DNA from: the human T2T-CHM13v2.0 reference genome, Homo sapiens
Strand: one strand, 5' to 3'
Length of the DNA: 64,000 nucleotides
Assembly: GCF_009914755.1 (NCBI RefSeq)
Contig: NC_060925.1
This document shows positions 24,873 to 39,565 of this stretch, piece by piece. A program made the position numbers and the translations under genes. Under the pieces are notes generated by a model. The model ran no database searches. It had not been told where the DNA came from and saw nothing but the letters and a program-made list of their open reading frames with translations. Position 1 is the stretch's first letter. Each line of letters starts with the position of its first letter.

Positions 24873-27619
24873 TCCAATTAAAATCTTATATGACTCCTCT
24901 CAGCTTTTAGATAAACTATAATCTTTTTATGATATATAAGGACCTTCATGATATGCAGATTGTCTCCAACCTTATATCTTCACTAGAGAGTTTCTGCTTT
25001 TCCCTTGGGTAAATTATACTGAGTAGTTTGTAATTCTTTATAAGCCCCCTCCTTTGTCCTAGCCTCTAGACCTCAGGAAAAAACCTCCCTCACATTAAGT
25101 GATGTTCCCTCCTTCTCCAGTAAGTAACACCTGCCTAATCATCATTAAATAATCAATTCTAGAGTTTCTTTTCCAACTAAGATTCCATGACTTCCTCATT
25201 TTATCTAGGGTAGGTTTTCCTCTCCTTTCCCAGGACTCTGATAGCAGCCATGTTTATCTCTTTCATATCACTAATTATATTATATGACAATTTCACTTTT
25301 ATTTACCTGTCTTCTAAATTGTACCTATTCTACATGGTTGTTGTTTTTCTTTTATTAATTTTGTTCTTAAATATTGGAACCTATACAAACAACAGGTAGT
25401 AAATAAATACTCTTAATGGATAAATTTGTCCACTCCTTTAAAAATACCTGTATTCTTATCTTCATAAACGAGTGGCCATAATAGTGTATTTATCCTCCTG
25501 TTAAATTCATACCTGACCCTACATCTGTTTACCCTGCTCTGAATCCTATAATTCAGTAATATTATGGGTATAATTTTGTTGTTGATGTTATCTCTTTCAG
25601 TGCCACTCTGGAAGATAGATTTTGTTAGCCTTTTTTTTTTTTTTTTTTAATGTGCAGAAGCAGATTTCAACATAATTCTGTTAAAGCAGAGAAGTTCTTT
25701 ACAGTATTTCAAAATATTTTCATTCCTTTCCACCCCTCATATCTACATTACACTTGTTTTAGAGTAAACTATAAAAACCAATCTTAAGTTAGGTTTTCTA
25801 ACTATTATTTTAGTACAAGGAGTACATGATCATATAACAATATACTATTCTCATTTCTTCTACTTTTATACAGTGACGATTATAATTGTGATTGAATGCT
25901 ATGCAAATTTCAGAGGAGAAGTTTGTTTTTATGTCGTCATGAACTCATAAATGTAAATTTTACTTTCCTTAATAATCATATTTTTACTTGCTTTAGTTTG
26001 CTGATTAGGTTGCAGTTGTATTTTTTTATCTGCAGGTAGATGTTAGATGAAGTTATAGGTAAAATTGCAAATCCCTATAGATAGCTGGTATGATCTTAGC
26101 TAAAAATAACTGAACATTTCTTGGTTGGTCGATATAGGATCAAAACATAGAGTAGAGAGAAGTGACCTCAAATCGAACACATCTTGCACTGTTGTTTGTC
26201 AACAGTAAATTACATCTGATTTTAAACAAGAGAAGGAAAAACTGCTGGCGACCTGTGATTGTGCTTCATACAAGGATCAATACAAAGGAGAATAGCCTTT
26301 TTAGCTTTTTCCAAGTTCTCTGACTTCTTGGAGCAAATTGGCAGTACTTTTTGGTCATTCTCAATTAATAGCACTCTCTCCCTAAGCCAGAGAGTCTATA
26401 GTCCTGAGGATGGTAGGGAGAAGGGGGAGAGTTTCTCAAATAACATAACAGAAGTGTTCCAGGCTGAAGATTGCTTTGATTAAAAAAAAAAAAAAGCAAT
26501 TGGTTTTCACCTTCTATAAAAGGATTAGGAACTCAGAAATGCTGAGAGAAAAAGGCAGGAAGAGTTTTGTGTATTTTGCAAACCTTGTTTTGAAGTGCAC
26601 AAACTAGTGATTTCTAGAGCAATTTCAGGGTAAGAATTAAACTCTTTTAACCAATATTTTGAAGAGATTTTGACAATTTTTTTTACATTACCATGTTGGT
26701 GAAAACAAATTACAATCTTCCTCTATCCCTAATTGCATGTGTTTCATTCTTATATTTTTCTCAGCAAGGCTTTTGTGTTAAGAAAAAAAAATACTAACTA
26801 ATTTGAGTGTGTCTCAATGTTTTATTTTGATTAATTGTTAATTAAGTCATTTTAGAAATAATTAAAAATAATTATTTTTAGCTAATCCTAAGATTCATGG
26901 TAAAATAAGAAAGAGATGGTGTGTTCCAAATCACGTTACCATTTGTGCTGCCAAAGTGAAACATAGGTTATTGTGATAGGGAGAAAGAGAAGAGAACAGA
27001 ACACAAAAAATTGAGTGGAAAAGTAGAGAAGAAGGGAAAAAAAAATGCACCTATTAAAAAATAACAGCAAAGTGTAGTGGGTAAGTTAGATATTGTGGAG
27101 GTCAAGTTAGATATATGTTTTATTCCAAATTATGACAGCATTTATGAATATGGTTTTAGCCATTTCATTTTGGGAATAATAAAGGGCATAGTAAGCATTC
27201 AATAAATATTAGCCATTAATTATAAAATATCACTCAGAGGCACGCACTCCATAGGTTCTTAGGCCTTTTTAGTAACACACGTCCTATACCCATAGTTATG
27301 AATTTGCATAGTAACCGTTCATAGAATAGTAATCAAGTACAAATTCTTTTGCAAATTTTTTTCTTGCAAACCATTTGGAGGCATTGGACCTACTGAATCT
27401 TCCTCATGAAATTCAACTGTGCCCTGAACTTATGATAATTTCTCCTTAATAAATTGAATGGAATTAATGGCTTCAAATAAGAATGATCAAATGTAAAAAT
27501 ATATCCAAGTGTTAGAATGAATATTTTCCAATATAAAAGAAAAAAGTAAAAATAATATAATTTCAGAATGTTTTGTTTGTGTGAGTAGGTAGATGGCTAA
27601 AGAAAACCTAGAAAACAAG

Positions 27620-28460
27620 TATACATTTATTTTATAAATATTATTAAATGCTCCCCTTTGCCAGGTATTAAGTGTGCCCTGTACAAAACTTGCTTGCTAA
27701 AACAGACTTTGTTCTAATTCTTATGGCACATATTCCTTAGCAGGGACTACAATCAATACTCAAGTAAATAAGCAAACACACAATTACAAGATGAATTTCT
27801 ACAATATTTATAAGATAAACTTACAGGGGAGAATAGTAGAGCATAGTAGTTACTCACATGAAGGTAGTTAGGGAAACTCTATCTGTGCTGGTAGAATTTA
27901 AGCTGAATTCTGAAGGACAAGAGAGCCAGCTATTAATAGAGGTGGAGACTAGAATGATCCAGACAGATCCATGTGCAACTATTGAGTAGTAGGTGTGAAG
28001 AGGTCGATTTGATTGAGGAATTGAAATGACTGTGGCTAGAGTTTGTGAGGTAAAAATGACATATGATGGATTTTAAAATGTATGATGTTGATGTTGGGTT
28101 TACAGTAAGTATAAAAAGACTTATCTGGAAAATACCTAGTTGTGGACTATAAGAGGTAGGGGATAAGAGTCATAAAAATAAAAAAGAAAATAAGCTAAGT
28201 CCTCCCTATTCAAAACATGGTACGTGGACCACTAGGATCCGTCCTGCATGGGAGTGTGTTAAAACTGCAGAATCCAGGAGTCCATCACAGATTTAGGGAA
28301 ATAGGGTCAACATTTTAACAAGATCTCAAGGTACTTTATAGGCATATTATTACAGTTAGAAAATATAGAGTCTGGGTGATTATTGAAGATGACTTGGATT
28401 TGATGGGGTGATGGTTTGAGTGGAAAGAATTGGATTGATTCACGATGTATTTCATAGCCT
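27620..28460 (-). mobile_element. L2 relic containing a nested MER5A (~28195-28372)
   Basis: tttattaaatgctccc..tgccagg and tttaagctgaattctgaagga (L2); gttaaaactgcagaatcc...cattttaacaagatctcaaggt (MER5A). Confidence 0.6.
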
Positions 28461-31400
28461 ATTTAATGTAGTTTAATGAGATAAGTAATTTTTTAAACTT
28501 TTCCATCAGTGAACTCCCGAAGGACCGGGGAAAATAAATGTTTCCTGTGCTTTCAGGCTTGTCTGGAACTTTTCTCTCAAGACTGTCATATATATTTATT
28601 CTCTTGTTTTATTTTTAAAAAGTAACATTTCCATTATACTCTATAGCACATTTTTATTTCATTATAAATTTATAGACCAGTAATGAAAACCTATGATGAA
28701 AATTTTGACATATTCACTATGTGGCTTTATGTAACTTTATGTACCCTGAATAAACCACCAAGCACACAGATCTAACAAGTTACAAAACCACAGAATGTAT
28801 TCAATACAACGGCAAATATTGATTTGAGGACATTGGTATTTGAACATTTATTAGAAATAAATATGAGTCTATTTGGGCAACATTAAACAAACATTACTCT
28901 GTGCTGAATAGGTGCCAGGCTGGTTCCTATGTGCTAAGACAGTGTGAATAAGAGAGACTGTCCTCAAAATGAGAAAAGAACATGCACTGAAATTGAATAA
29001 TATCATAGGAGAAAATAAGGCAAAGACTCCTGTTTTTCTCATTTGAATTGTCCACCTTTTAGGTAAATGTGCATTCATTAACTATATTCAAACAGTTTAG
29101 TAATTCAGAATGTGATTAACTGAAATGCAGCACTAATCTACTTGCAAATCTGGTTCTCTGGGAAACAAGGAAAGATGGAAAGGCTGTTTGAAAATGGTAG
29201 CATCTGACCTATTACAAGCCTGGGTGAAAAAAAGAAATACTAAGACTGCTGCAACAAAACAAACCCATAAAAGCACAAAATGGGAGTGCAAGCCATTTAC
29301 CTTTACAACAGCTGCATGGTGCAGATGAATCAAAGCACTGCCAGCAATAAACAGATCTGGTCAATGTCAATTTTCCCCAGGCATCTGGTATTGTCACTAG
29401 TGATTTTACTGAAGATTACCCATCAGTTAGTGCAGATTTGTTTTTTAATTGGCCCTTACCGCACCTGCCACATTTTTCTTGTTCTTGGTCCCAGAAGCTT
29501 TCTGCAGAGATGAAGAAGGTGGCTATCTGGAGAATATATTCTTAAAGCACACCGTGAAGGACATTCATGAGAACAATTAAGTTTTTAATACAAGGTAAAA
29601 GGCGCCCTTGTTTAATATAAGGAGAAGGAATGTAGGGCAATTATTAGTGAATTAGGAACAAGTCACCATAGCATCTACATTATTATAATGTCAGCTTTGG
29701 AAAGTGATCATTTTCATAGTATTTCTTTTTAATTTCATATAATAGTCAAGTATGACATGGTGGAAGTAAATTATGAACAGGTGGGCAGGGTGTCTGGAGG
29801 GCAACACCACTCATCAGGTTGACAAAGCAGCAAGACAGATCACAGGATAATCAGCAGGTGGATAAGGAAGCAGCAGGCATAATGATTTGCTACATAGTAT
29901 TTGGCATTAATTACAACTGTTGAAATGCCAGGGGCGGTTTTACTTTAAGGTGAAGAATACAAATATGGTTTGGAATCTTCTGTTAACTTAGTGACCTATA
30001 TGTTTTAGAATCTTTATGTTATAATATGATTGTATTATGATATAGAAACATATATTTTGGCATAATGTATTTCAAAGTTTACAAATGAGTAACAAGCACC
30101 TGGTTTGACTTTCTCATAATTATCCACAGTTTGCTCCAAAAATTAACACAGAATTATAAAACCTCAAAGATGTAAAAAAATCAGGGATGTTTTTATCTTA
30201 TTAGTTTATATAAATAAATAGAAACATTACTGAAATTTAAATAGTGCACAAATGACACTGGATGTTCAAACTTTTGAACAGTGTTCATCACTAAATGAGC
30301 CTAACAAGACTGAGAACAGCAACAGATTCAAAGCTCTGGGTTTTTTGGGGAGTGAATACATACATTCTTACAAAAATAAATTATCTATTAGTAGTGAGAT
30401 TAACCCACGTTAGGCCCTAAACCGTTTTTAGGGCCTATTAAACTGAATTTTCAAAAAGACTTTATGAAAGAATTTGGCCAATTTTAAGGAAAATTTCAGC
30501 AAGGAAATGATTAGACAAAGGAAATTTGCTGTGCTTCTCTCATGTGTTTCATCAAATACATGACTCGGTCATTCATCTTCAACTAAAGAAGAGTTTGTAG
30601 TATAAATGATTCATTTACTTTTATTTTTCCCCCTTTTTGTTTTGCATCATCTTACTGCATCATCTTTAAAACATTACTTCTATTTATTTCTGCTTTTTGT
30701 TATCAAGAGAATGCTATAGATGTTGATTTTCTACTATATATCCAAAATGAAATACAGATAGTAGTCAAGGACAAAGAAAGTTGAAGTAATTCTTTCAATC
30801 AATGTTAAAGTTATTAGCTTGAAGGCTGTTTCATGGAGTGGGGTAAGGCCAGTAAAACTGTCTCCCAGCAGTCAAGAGTATACACAGAGTAGTCAAACTA
30901 GCCTCTGAGCCGCCAAGAGCACATGAGACTGGGAGGGTGGCAAAGGTGGTAAATAAGCAGGATTGTATAAAATGAAGAGAATATCTCCTTGAGTGTTGGC
31001 TTTATAGGAGTGCAGATCAGGAAATAGAGGTCCTTGCAAAACAACCCTTACTAAAACATATATCTCTCAGGTATCTGCTGAAGTACATATCATTCAATAA
31101 GGCAATTAATGCTAATAAAGTTAAACTAAAAGATAATTAAATATATTAACATTTACCTGAAAAAAAAAGATTATGAAATGCAACAAAGAGAAGGGTTAGG
31201 GAAATAAACCTTAAGAGTTTTTAAAATGCTTTCAAATGTAGCTACAAACAGGGTGAGTTTGAAGGCAATGCTGAAAAACCTCAAAATGTTGTCCCAAAGA
31301 AGTGATGACTTTGGTTTTGGACTTGATGATATAGAAAAATGTATTTATTCATGGAAATGAACTGTTTAAGTGTTTCAAGATATGAGGCAGAGATAAGGAA

Positions 31401-32277
31401 AACATAATAGTTACAAAATTATACTATATTTCAAAATGAATTATTGCTTTATGCTGAGAAGTTTTTCATGTTCTTCAAATGTCAATTAAGTCTTGTTGGG
31501 AAGCATTCATTGAACATACCACCATTTCCCATTAAGCTAGAGACTTAAGCATCCTCAAATGGACAACAACAACAACAACAACAAAAAAAAAACTTGCAGA
31601 TTTTATATGTGTTACAATTTAAAAGTTATAAGAAAACATTAGTTAACCTCCTTATCAACTGCTATGCTAAGTAAATTATTTTCTTTTTGATTCAAGGATT
31701 GATTTTTTCATGGCTTCAAGTCTAATTTAAATAAATAAAACTGTATGTATATCTTGCAGTCTTAAAAATGACTTCATTCTCCATGGCCCTAGCTGCAGGC
31801 GCTTCATGGAAGCACCACTGTAGGTGAATAAATGGGAATAATAACTATTCTATTTGCATAGTGGCTACTTTTCAGTCCTCAGAATGAGCTTTTTTTCACT
31901 GTTCTTGAGAAGTAGCTAGAAAATATCCATGATTGAAAATTAGTCTTTATATCTCATTATCTGTAAGACAATGGGTTTATTTTAAATGTTTGAATAACTG
32001 TTAATTGATACAAGAAAACTGGCCTCACTCTCACATTTAAAAAGAGTTTTGGAAGTATATTTCCTATATAATGAGTTGGTAAATGTTAAGCACGTAGAAC
32101 AGACCCTGGCTTGTATTTACTATATATGTGCTAATTGTATTTGTTATTATTGATTGGCTGATAGGATTAGTAATTGTGCCCTGAGAAAGGTATTAGAGGT
32201 ACCTAGGAAGCCAACAGAACTTTAATTTTTGTATTATACAACATCTTTTAGCAGAAACACAGATACTAAATATTTGC

Positions 32278-32580
32278 TGTGGTAAATTGAAAAATACCTC
32301 CCCTAAAAGGTATTCATGTTCTAGTCCCTATAGCCTGTAAATGTTACCTTACATGTGCCCTTCTCCCTGTCAAAGATGGCTCTTTGTAACTTTGATTTAG
32401 TTAAGAATCTTGAGATGAAGTTATTACCCTAGATTAGCTGTGTGGGCCCCAAATGCAATCCCAGGTACCCTTATAAGAGGGAGGCAGATGGAGATTGTGT
32501 TACACAAAGGAGGTAGTATGGAAACAGAGCAGAGGGAATTGAAGATGCTGGCCTTGATGATTAGGTTAGTCTGACCACAG
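32278..32580 (+). mobile_element. MLT1D-like MaLR LTR, 3'-truncated
   Basis: tgtggt...cctgtaaatgttaccttacatg...aagaatcttgagatg...cttataagagggaggcag...gaagatgctggccttga. Confidence 0.85.
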
Positions 32581-33859
32581 TCTGTTCCCCACCTAAGTTC
32601 CTATTCTAAATCATTGTGTAAAATTGTCATCATGAAAATGCAGTTCCTTTGACATCTATTGAGCTCATTTGCACTGGATTGCTCTTACATAGCTTTCGTA
32701 ATACTCTGATATCCAAACACAGGTCCTGCTTTTTAGGGCATCATGACATACTGGAATCTGCAAAGTTGCAGCCACTTTTCCATCTTCAGCGAGAGAAATA
32801 TTAATAGATACTGATTGCTGCATTCTTAGCATATTCTAGGCCAGAGAGACAGAATGTCAGGCAGAGTAACTTGATCTCCAAAGCTACTGTTCTTGATTTC
32901 CAGGTGACTCAAATCCAAGCAAATTACCATTAATGCCAACAAAAAGGAGCATCCAAAGTAAAACACATGTTAGGAGATGATCTATATCTGTATCTACATC
33001 TATCCATACTTCTGGTAGATGGTATGGGGGATATGTTATTTCAAATTAGAAGAAGGAACATATTTTCTTATACAATAATTACGTGGTGTGTTGATTCAAC
33101 ACTGAGAGTTGCCTCAGTTGGAGTTAGGAAGAAAATTCCAGTTTCCCTACTCATGTAGCTGGTGATGTGAGATAAAACTCTTGGATTAAACGACATAATC
33201 AACAAGTAGGATAAGAAGAATTTTTTTCAGGTATTTGTATGATCTATGCGTTTTCAAACATGGCAGAGAAATCAAAGCATCAAAAAGACATGTCATCTAG
33301 GTCACAAGAGATTATGAAATTATGAAAAAATAGGAGGGAAGATATTCTAAATATGTCTGTATTCTGATCAAAGACAATAATGAAATTTCCATCTCCTAGA
33401 AGATGAGTCAATTTGCTGCTAAGAAAGTGCTAAGATTGTGGAAAAACAATGGGGAATGAAAAAAGTTTATTTTGTTGTTGTTTATTTGATTTTAAAATCT
33501 CTGAGAATCCATTGCATTTGGAAATAGAGTCTCATTTTGGAAGTAGAGTGGAAAGTACATGCCACATTTCTCCTATGTCCAATCAGATATCACAATATCA
33601 AAAACTCTACAAGCCAATTAGATTTTTGACTTTTTTTTTCTGTGACTTAAACAGAAATGGCTCCACAGATGAGGCCGGAGACAGAAGTACTTTCTATGAA
33701 ATGATAATAATTACAATAAAGGCGATATTTTATTAGGAGTTCATTATGTGTTTAAAACACATTATGAACACATTTCAATATGCAATGTATATGGATATAT
33801 ATACATATATAGGCAAAGACATGCACACATACACATATAGAATCTTAAGTGTGTAAAAT

Positions 33860-34440
33860 ACATAGCAAGCAGTGGTACTGGTTGGAACGCATATAATCCT
33901 TAAGATACTGGTCTTTGAAACCCCAATGTCTAGCTCATATAGCTGCTTTGCTACTTTTTAACTCTGTTACCTGACAGAAGTCCCTCAATATCTCTGCATG
34001 CCAGTGTCTTCACCTATAAAATGGTGATAATAAGAGTATCCTCCTCACTGTTTTGTTATGAGAATTGAGTGAGCTGTACATGCAAAGCACTTGGAACAGT
34101 TCTTGCACCCATCGTTTCTGACAAATTAGAATAAGCTCCTACCAATCTTTATCACAATCATCTGACATATATTTTTAATCCTCATTTTATATGTCAAGAG
34201 ACTGATGATATTTTCATAAATTTACCAAATTTATATAACTAGGAAGTGGAGATGGAGATGCTCGGATATGAGCCCAGGTATTTTTCTTTCTCTATCAATT
34301 AATTCACAATTAGATTTTGTCACTATTAGTATGACCAATACTACTAATCAAGTGTTGTATATCTCTGCTTCATTTTCCTAATCTGAAAAAAAAAGAAAAT
34401 TGTAGTGCTTGGCATATGATAACTGCTCAAATATTAACTC
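33860..34440. mobile_element. Cluster of three MIR fragments (plus, minus, plus)
   Basis: cagtgtcttcacctataaaatggtgataata; aatcctcattttatatg..aagagactga; ctgcttcattttcctaatctgaaaa. Confidence 0.65.
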
Positions 34441-35589
34441 TGTTTTTATAATTGTTAAACTTATTATTTGTTCTTTATTATCAAAGGCTTTATCTTATTA
34501 TTCACTGTCTCCCCAGCATTCATTGACAACTAAATCACAAAGAACTTATATCTTATACATAGCAATTTTCTAATAACAACAGAACAGCCACAAACACACA
34601 CACGGAGAGAGAGAGAGAGAAAGAGAGAGTATATTAACAGAGGAAATATGCTCAGATATCAGTTACTAAATAAACTTAATAGTAACAAACTTTTGGAACA
34701 CAGTCTGCTTGCAGCTTTAAAAAGTGAATATCATTTTATGCACCTCTTCCTAATTTTAATAATTATTGCTCTTTTTTGTTTTTTAAACCTGGCTATAGTC
34801 CCAGACTTTAATTGCTATTCTTTTTCAACCTGGCCTTGATTTTACCGTAGACACACATCTCTCCGGGGTTCTTCTGCCTCAATACATCTCAGCCAACTTG
34901 GCATAAGAAGTGTGTCTGTGTGTCTGTGTGTCTGTGTTGTTCTCACATCTTCACCCATGTTCCAGTCTACTTGTTAGGAGAAGAGCAACCTATTTGATAC
35001 TTTCCTCTCCTAACGTGCTTACCTTTTTTTGATTTCAAGTTACCTAATTCCTCCAGCTCAAATAACTTTTACACTGCACTTCATAAGAATAAACTCTCCT
35101 ATATAGTTCTATTATAGCTGATATTACCCAAAATAATTTCTAGAATGCTTTAAATTATTCAAGAAACATAAGAATGTGTGTAATAAGTTCCTTAAGAAAA
35201 ACTGCTCTAAGAAGCAATCTGTTAAAAAAGACAGCCAGAATATCTTGCACAAAATATGATGCATATTTTCTAATAAAAATTCCATCCTTTCAAATGTTAA
35301 CAATCATATACATACTCTGAGCTCAAGATCAGGGATTTCCATATTTGTAGTTTATAGATATAAAATCAGAATTCTATCAAGCCTGGAAATCTTGTTTTCT
35401 GATTGCCCAATATAAAGTTTACTAAAATCAAAGTACTGATACCAATCATTTCAAAACTCATGTCAAACTTAGAAAAAATAAATTTTACTACTGAAAATGA
35501 AAACTTTAGCAATTAGTATAATAATTATTATAATAGCATTCATAGTACTGAAAGTTTTTACATACATGCACTCCATACTTTACTTCATA

Positions 35590-35790
35590 TTTTATGTACA
35601 GTAATTTATCTGTATGTAATTTATAACCTGCTTCAGAAATAAGCGCTAATATGCCCCATTTTACACACATAGCCTCATGTGTGCAAAAATTAAATGATTT
35701 GCCCGAGGTTACACGCACTGTATGCAGCAGAGCTGAGATTTACACCCAGATCTGCATTCCAAGACTCATGTGTAGATCCTGTGCCTCCTT
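35590..35790 (-). mobile_element. MIR SINE
   Basis: atgccccattttaca...ttaaatgatttgcccgaggttacac...gcagagctgagatttacacccagatctg. Confidence 0.8.
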
Positions 35791-35971
35791 AAACTACCAT
35801 CTCACTTTCTCCTTCCCTTAATAAGCAAAGACTTCTAAAGAATATGCTTGACTTTCTGTCTCTATTATATCACCTGATAATCTTCCACTGAAATGAATCA
35901 AATTCAGCCATGCCTCTTATGGATATGTAAACCTGTTCAGGATGACTCTCTGTCATTTGCTTACAGAACCC

Positions 35972-35987
35972 CTCTCTCTCTCTCTCT

Positions 35988-36037
<50 letters not shown>
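35972..36037. repeat. (CT)n-(CA)n compound microsatellite
   Basis: ctctctctctctctct followed by about 24 uninterrupted CA units. Confidence 0.97.
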
Positions 36038-36040
<3 letters not shown>

Positions 36041-37029
36041 TAAACTGCCTCCATGGCCTCATTTCTGCTAGGGAAGCTTTTAGGAGGCCATCAACAAATC
36101 ACTGACTGATGTTGTAGTTTGGTCTGGGTTTTTACAAATCAGTGAGCTTGTGAATCTGAAGCCTAGAAACTTGGCTTCATTTTGCACCATCTGTTAATAT
36201 TACCCAAAATTATTTTAGCAGAAATTTGACTCTCAATATTTCATGCTGTAAATAATGGAAAATGTCTAGTTCAAAAGTTCTTTCAACAGTGTAATGAATT
36301 GACAATATTGTCTCAGATATATTTAAAAGTCTGCACTTTCATATTCTGAACAGAGCACTAAACAAATCTGCAAAGCCCTTTTAATAAGTTCTCCCTGCAG
36401 ATTGTACAGTGTTTGAATCAGGAGGTTTTGATTACATGAAACCACTGAGAATATGATTGTTAATTCCTCAGACACATGAACAGAATGAAAGAGAAATCTT
36501 CAGTGAAAAGATGATTAAAGACTTAAAGGGAAATGGATTAAAAGTGAAAATTAAAGAAGCAAAATGCCAAGAAGCATGTTTATTTGGATATGTTTTTATT
36601 TCCCTGAATGCACAAGTAAAATTAATATTCACTAAATCTAGTACAGTAATGACTCAGTGACCCTCTCTAGTCAAAGAATGGGATAATCTTGACAAATAAA
36701 GTATCTGATTGATTATTTAAAATATTATCTACTCACACTTTAAAAACCTCTTTAAAAATACATTGCATTTTATATTAATAGATAACACTAATATAAGACA
36801 GGTTTTTCTGTGTCATTCAAAGTTTGTGGTTGAAAAAATGAATAAAAAATACTAAATTTTCCTATGTTTAAGTTGTATCTAATGTACACTTTCATACATT
36901 ATATATTAACACCCATAATATTGCCTTATTATGACTAGATAAGACTTCTGGATATGAGCTTCCAAATGAGCATGTTATTGCAAAGAATTATTGAAGCAGT
37001 TTCAAACTACAGTTTAGTAGTTTCTCACC

Positions 37030-37728
37030 ATGTCCCGCCAACACCTGGCAATCACCAATCTGTTTTGTCCTTATGAATATACTTATCTGGATATTTCATA
37101 TAAATGGAATTATATGATATGTAGCAAATTATGACAGGCTTCTTTCACTTAGCATTATATTCTCGGGATTCATCTATACTGTAATCTATCAGTACTTTAT
37201 TCGTTTTATTGATTAAATAATGTTTTATTGTTTATGTATACCACCCTATCTTTTTATTCGTTTATTCGATGATGGGCATTTGGGATGTTTCCACCTTTTG
37301 GCTACTGTGAATACTGTTGGTACGAACACATGTGTAGAAGTAGTTATTTGAGTACTTGTTTTCACTTCTTTCGGGTATATACCTAGAAGTAGAATTGCCA
37401 GGTCATATTTTAGTTCTATAACCAACTTTTTGAAGAACCAACAAATTAGCTTCTACAGCAGTTGAAACATTTTATCTTCCCACCAGCAATGTACAGGTGT
37501 TCTTCTGATTTCTCTATATCACCAATGCTTTTAAATTGTTATGGATATCCTAGTGAGTGTGATGTGGTACTTCAATATGGTTTTGATTTGCACTTCCCTA
37601 ATGACTAATGATATAAAACATACTTTCATGTTCTTATTGGCCATTTGTATATGTTATTTGATAAAATATCTATTCAAAGACATTGGCCAAATCTTAATTG
37701 GGTTGTTTGAGTTGTAAGAGTTCTTTAC
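37030..37728 (-). mobile_element. L1MB-type 3' region
   Basis: cctggcaatcaccaatctg...atttcatataaatggaat...ttctttcacttagcat...ggttttgatttgcacttccctaatgactaatg. Confidence 0.85.
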
Positions 37729-39390
37729 TAATGTCTGAAAAGTGTCACCTGCTTAATAAATGTATTGATTCTGAATATGAAACTGTTCAAGATTCCCTTC
37801 ACTTTTATTTTTTCTAAAAATTATAATCAAACTTGAAGCAATAATTCCTGGGTGTTGTTTATCCATAGACCCAGCACTATTATTTCTGTGTAATTTCTTA
37901 TTTATACTTTCTGGTACCATAATATCATATTTTCAGGACTATGTGCTTACTTTCCTTTGTATCCTTTTTGTTCATCATCAAGTTATATTTAGGAGTGAGA
38001 CACACTCTTTTCTTTATGCACACTGAAAGCAGTGACCCCTAATCATAAAAATCATTTTTATCATCATTTCCAAAATCATACCATGATGAGTTGTCTTATG
38101 TTTGTTTAATATGTCAGCTTCATTATCTCCTGCCTGCATTTCCCTTTCACAAACAATCGAAATGTAAAATATAAGGAATTTTAATTTTCGTTGTTGAAAT
38201 CAAGGGAAAAATGTATGTTCTCTAGTAAAGGCAATAAACTCAATTTCTTAAAAAGAAAAAGCTTGTCAGCTTCTGATGTTGTTTCTCCTATATGCAGACA
38301 TCTACCTATAACTAAAAATGTTTCCTCCTTTGAGTTTTTTCTTAGCTATATTCTCTATGTTCCAAAGCTCCCTATTTTGGAATATGATTATGCTACTGAC
38401 TGAGCAATATGGGATTTGGGTTTTATTAAAAGGGATCTAACTACTTATTTTACATGTCAACAAAATCATTTTTGCATGCAAAAAGAAGCACAATAAACTG
38501 CAGGAGCCACTTCAAAATCTATCCTATGAGAAAGTCAGTGAATATTCTGATATTGGTTAATTAAATGTAAAGCACTTGATTTTAGGATGACGTTTATTTC
38601 TCATGACTTTATTACAAGAAAGCATGCATGATGACCACATACAATTTAATACACTTGGCTCCTGTGGATGACTCTACATTGGTTTTGTCTCCTTGATGAA
38701 TTAGTTCACTTGAGAAAATGCTGGTGTTTTTCCTGTTGAAGCCAAGCATATTACCCTTACTCATATGTCTGCAGTAAGAGTGGCAGAGAATATAGAAAGC
38801 TTGCATCTGGAAGGAGTTAGCTTTGCTTGCTTTATAATGGCTGCCAATCATTCTTCCCAAAAAACCTAGCCTTACAGAAAAAGACTAGACTTCCATGCAA
38901 AACTCTGTTAAATTAACAGTTCATCATTTTACAGTATGCTATAATAGAACTCTGTGTTCAGTCATGTGCATTTGTTCTCACTCCTGAAATCTCATTACAA
39001 AGTCAGTTTTAGACATATGGCTGAGTCTACAGCTACTTACTTCTTAAAAGAGGACTACAGTTAGTCTCACCTTATTTATCTAATATGCATGCAAAATGTG
39101 GTATTATATGACAACTTTATTTCATTTCTTTTTTTTTTGAGACTAAGTTTACTTCAGACATATTTAACTTCTTTCCTGGACATTAGTTCTAAGACCCGAA
39201 AACTATAAAAACACAATGCCAACTGAAAATTTGAAAAAAATTTTGTCTTTTATAATTACTCCCTCTACCCCTCACATACCTCATATATTTAGATATGCAG
39301 CAGCTTTGTGAAATCTTTGGAAAAACCAGTATGTGAAACAAGTTTACTAGCCCATAAAACATTACATACAAACATGGGCAATTTGAAGCT

Positions 39391-39565
39391 TGAAGTTCAT
39401 ATATATATATATGAAGTTCATATATATATATATGAAGTTCACATATATATATATGAACTTCATATATATATATATGAAGTTCACATATATATATGAACAC
39501 CATATATATGTAGTGTATACATATAATATGTGTGTGTATATATATATATAATGTGTATATATATA
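39391..39565. repeat. 21-bp self-complementary minisatellite followed by a (TA)/(TG) tract
   Basis: Units tgaagttca(ta)6 start at 39391, 39412, 39433, 39454, 39475 and 39494. Confidence 0.95.

Larger units (their letters stand above)
23860..25425 (+). mobile_element. Fragmented L2 3' region interrupted by an MLT1A LTR and a MIR
   Basis: aaacctgagagtcattgact; tttctaaaagacaaatctgatatgtca; ends with aggtagtaaataaatac...aatggataaa. Confidence 0.6.

Noticed and set aside
31150-31175. Minus-strand tttttttttcag|gtaaat recursive-site-like motif (similar at ~56395)
   Set aside because: Weak donor, and such motifs are common in AT-rich DNA.
39391-39510. CRISPR-like palindromic repeat array
   Set aside because: The spacers are (TA)n rather than unique, the context is eukaryotic and there are no cas genes.
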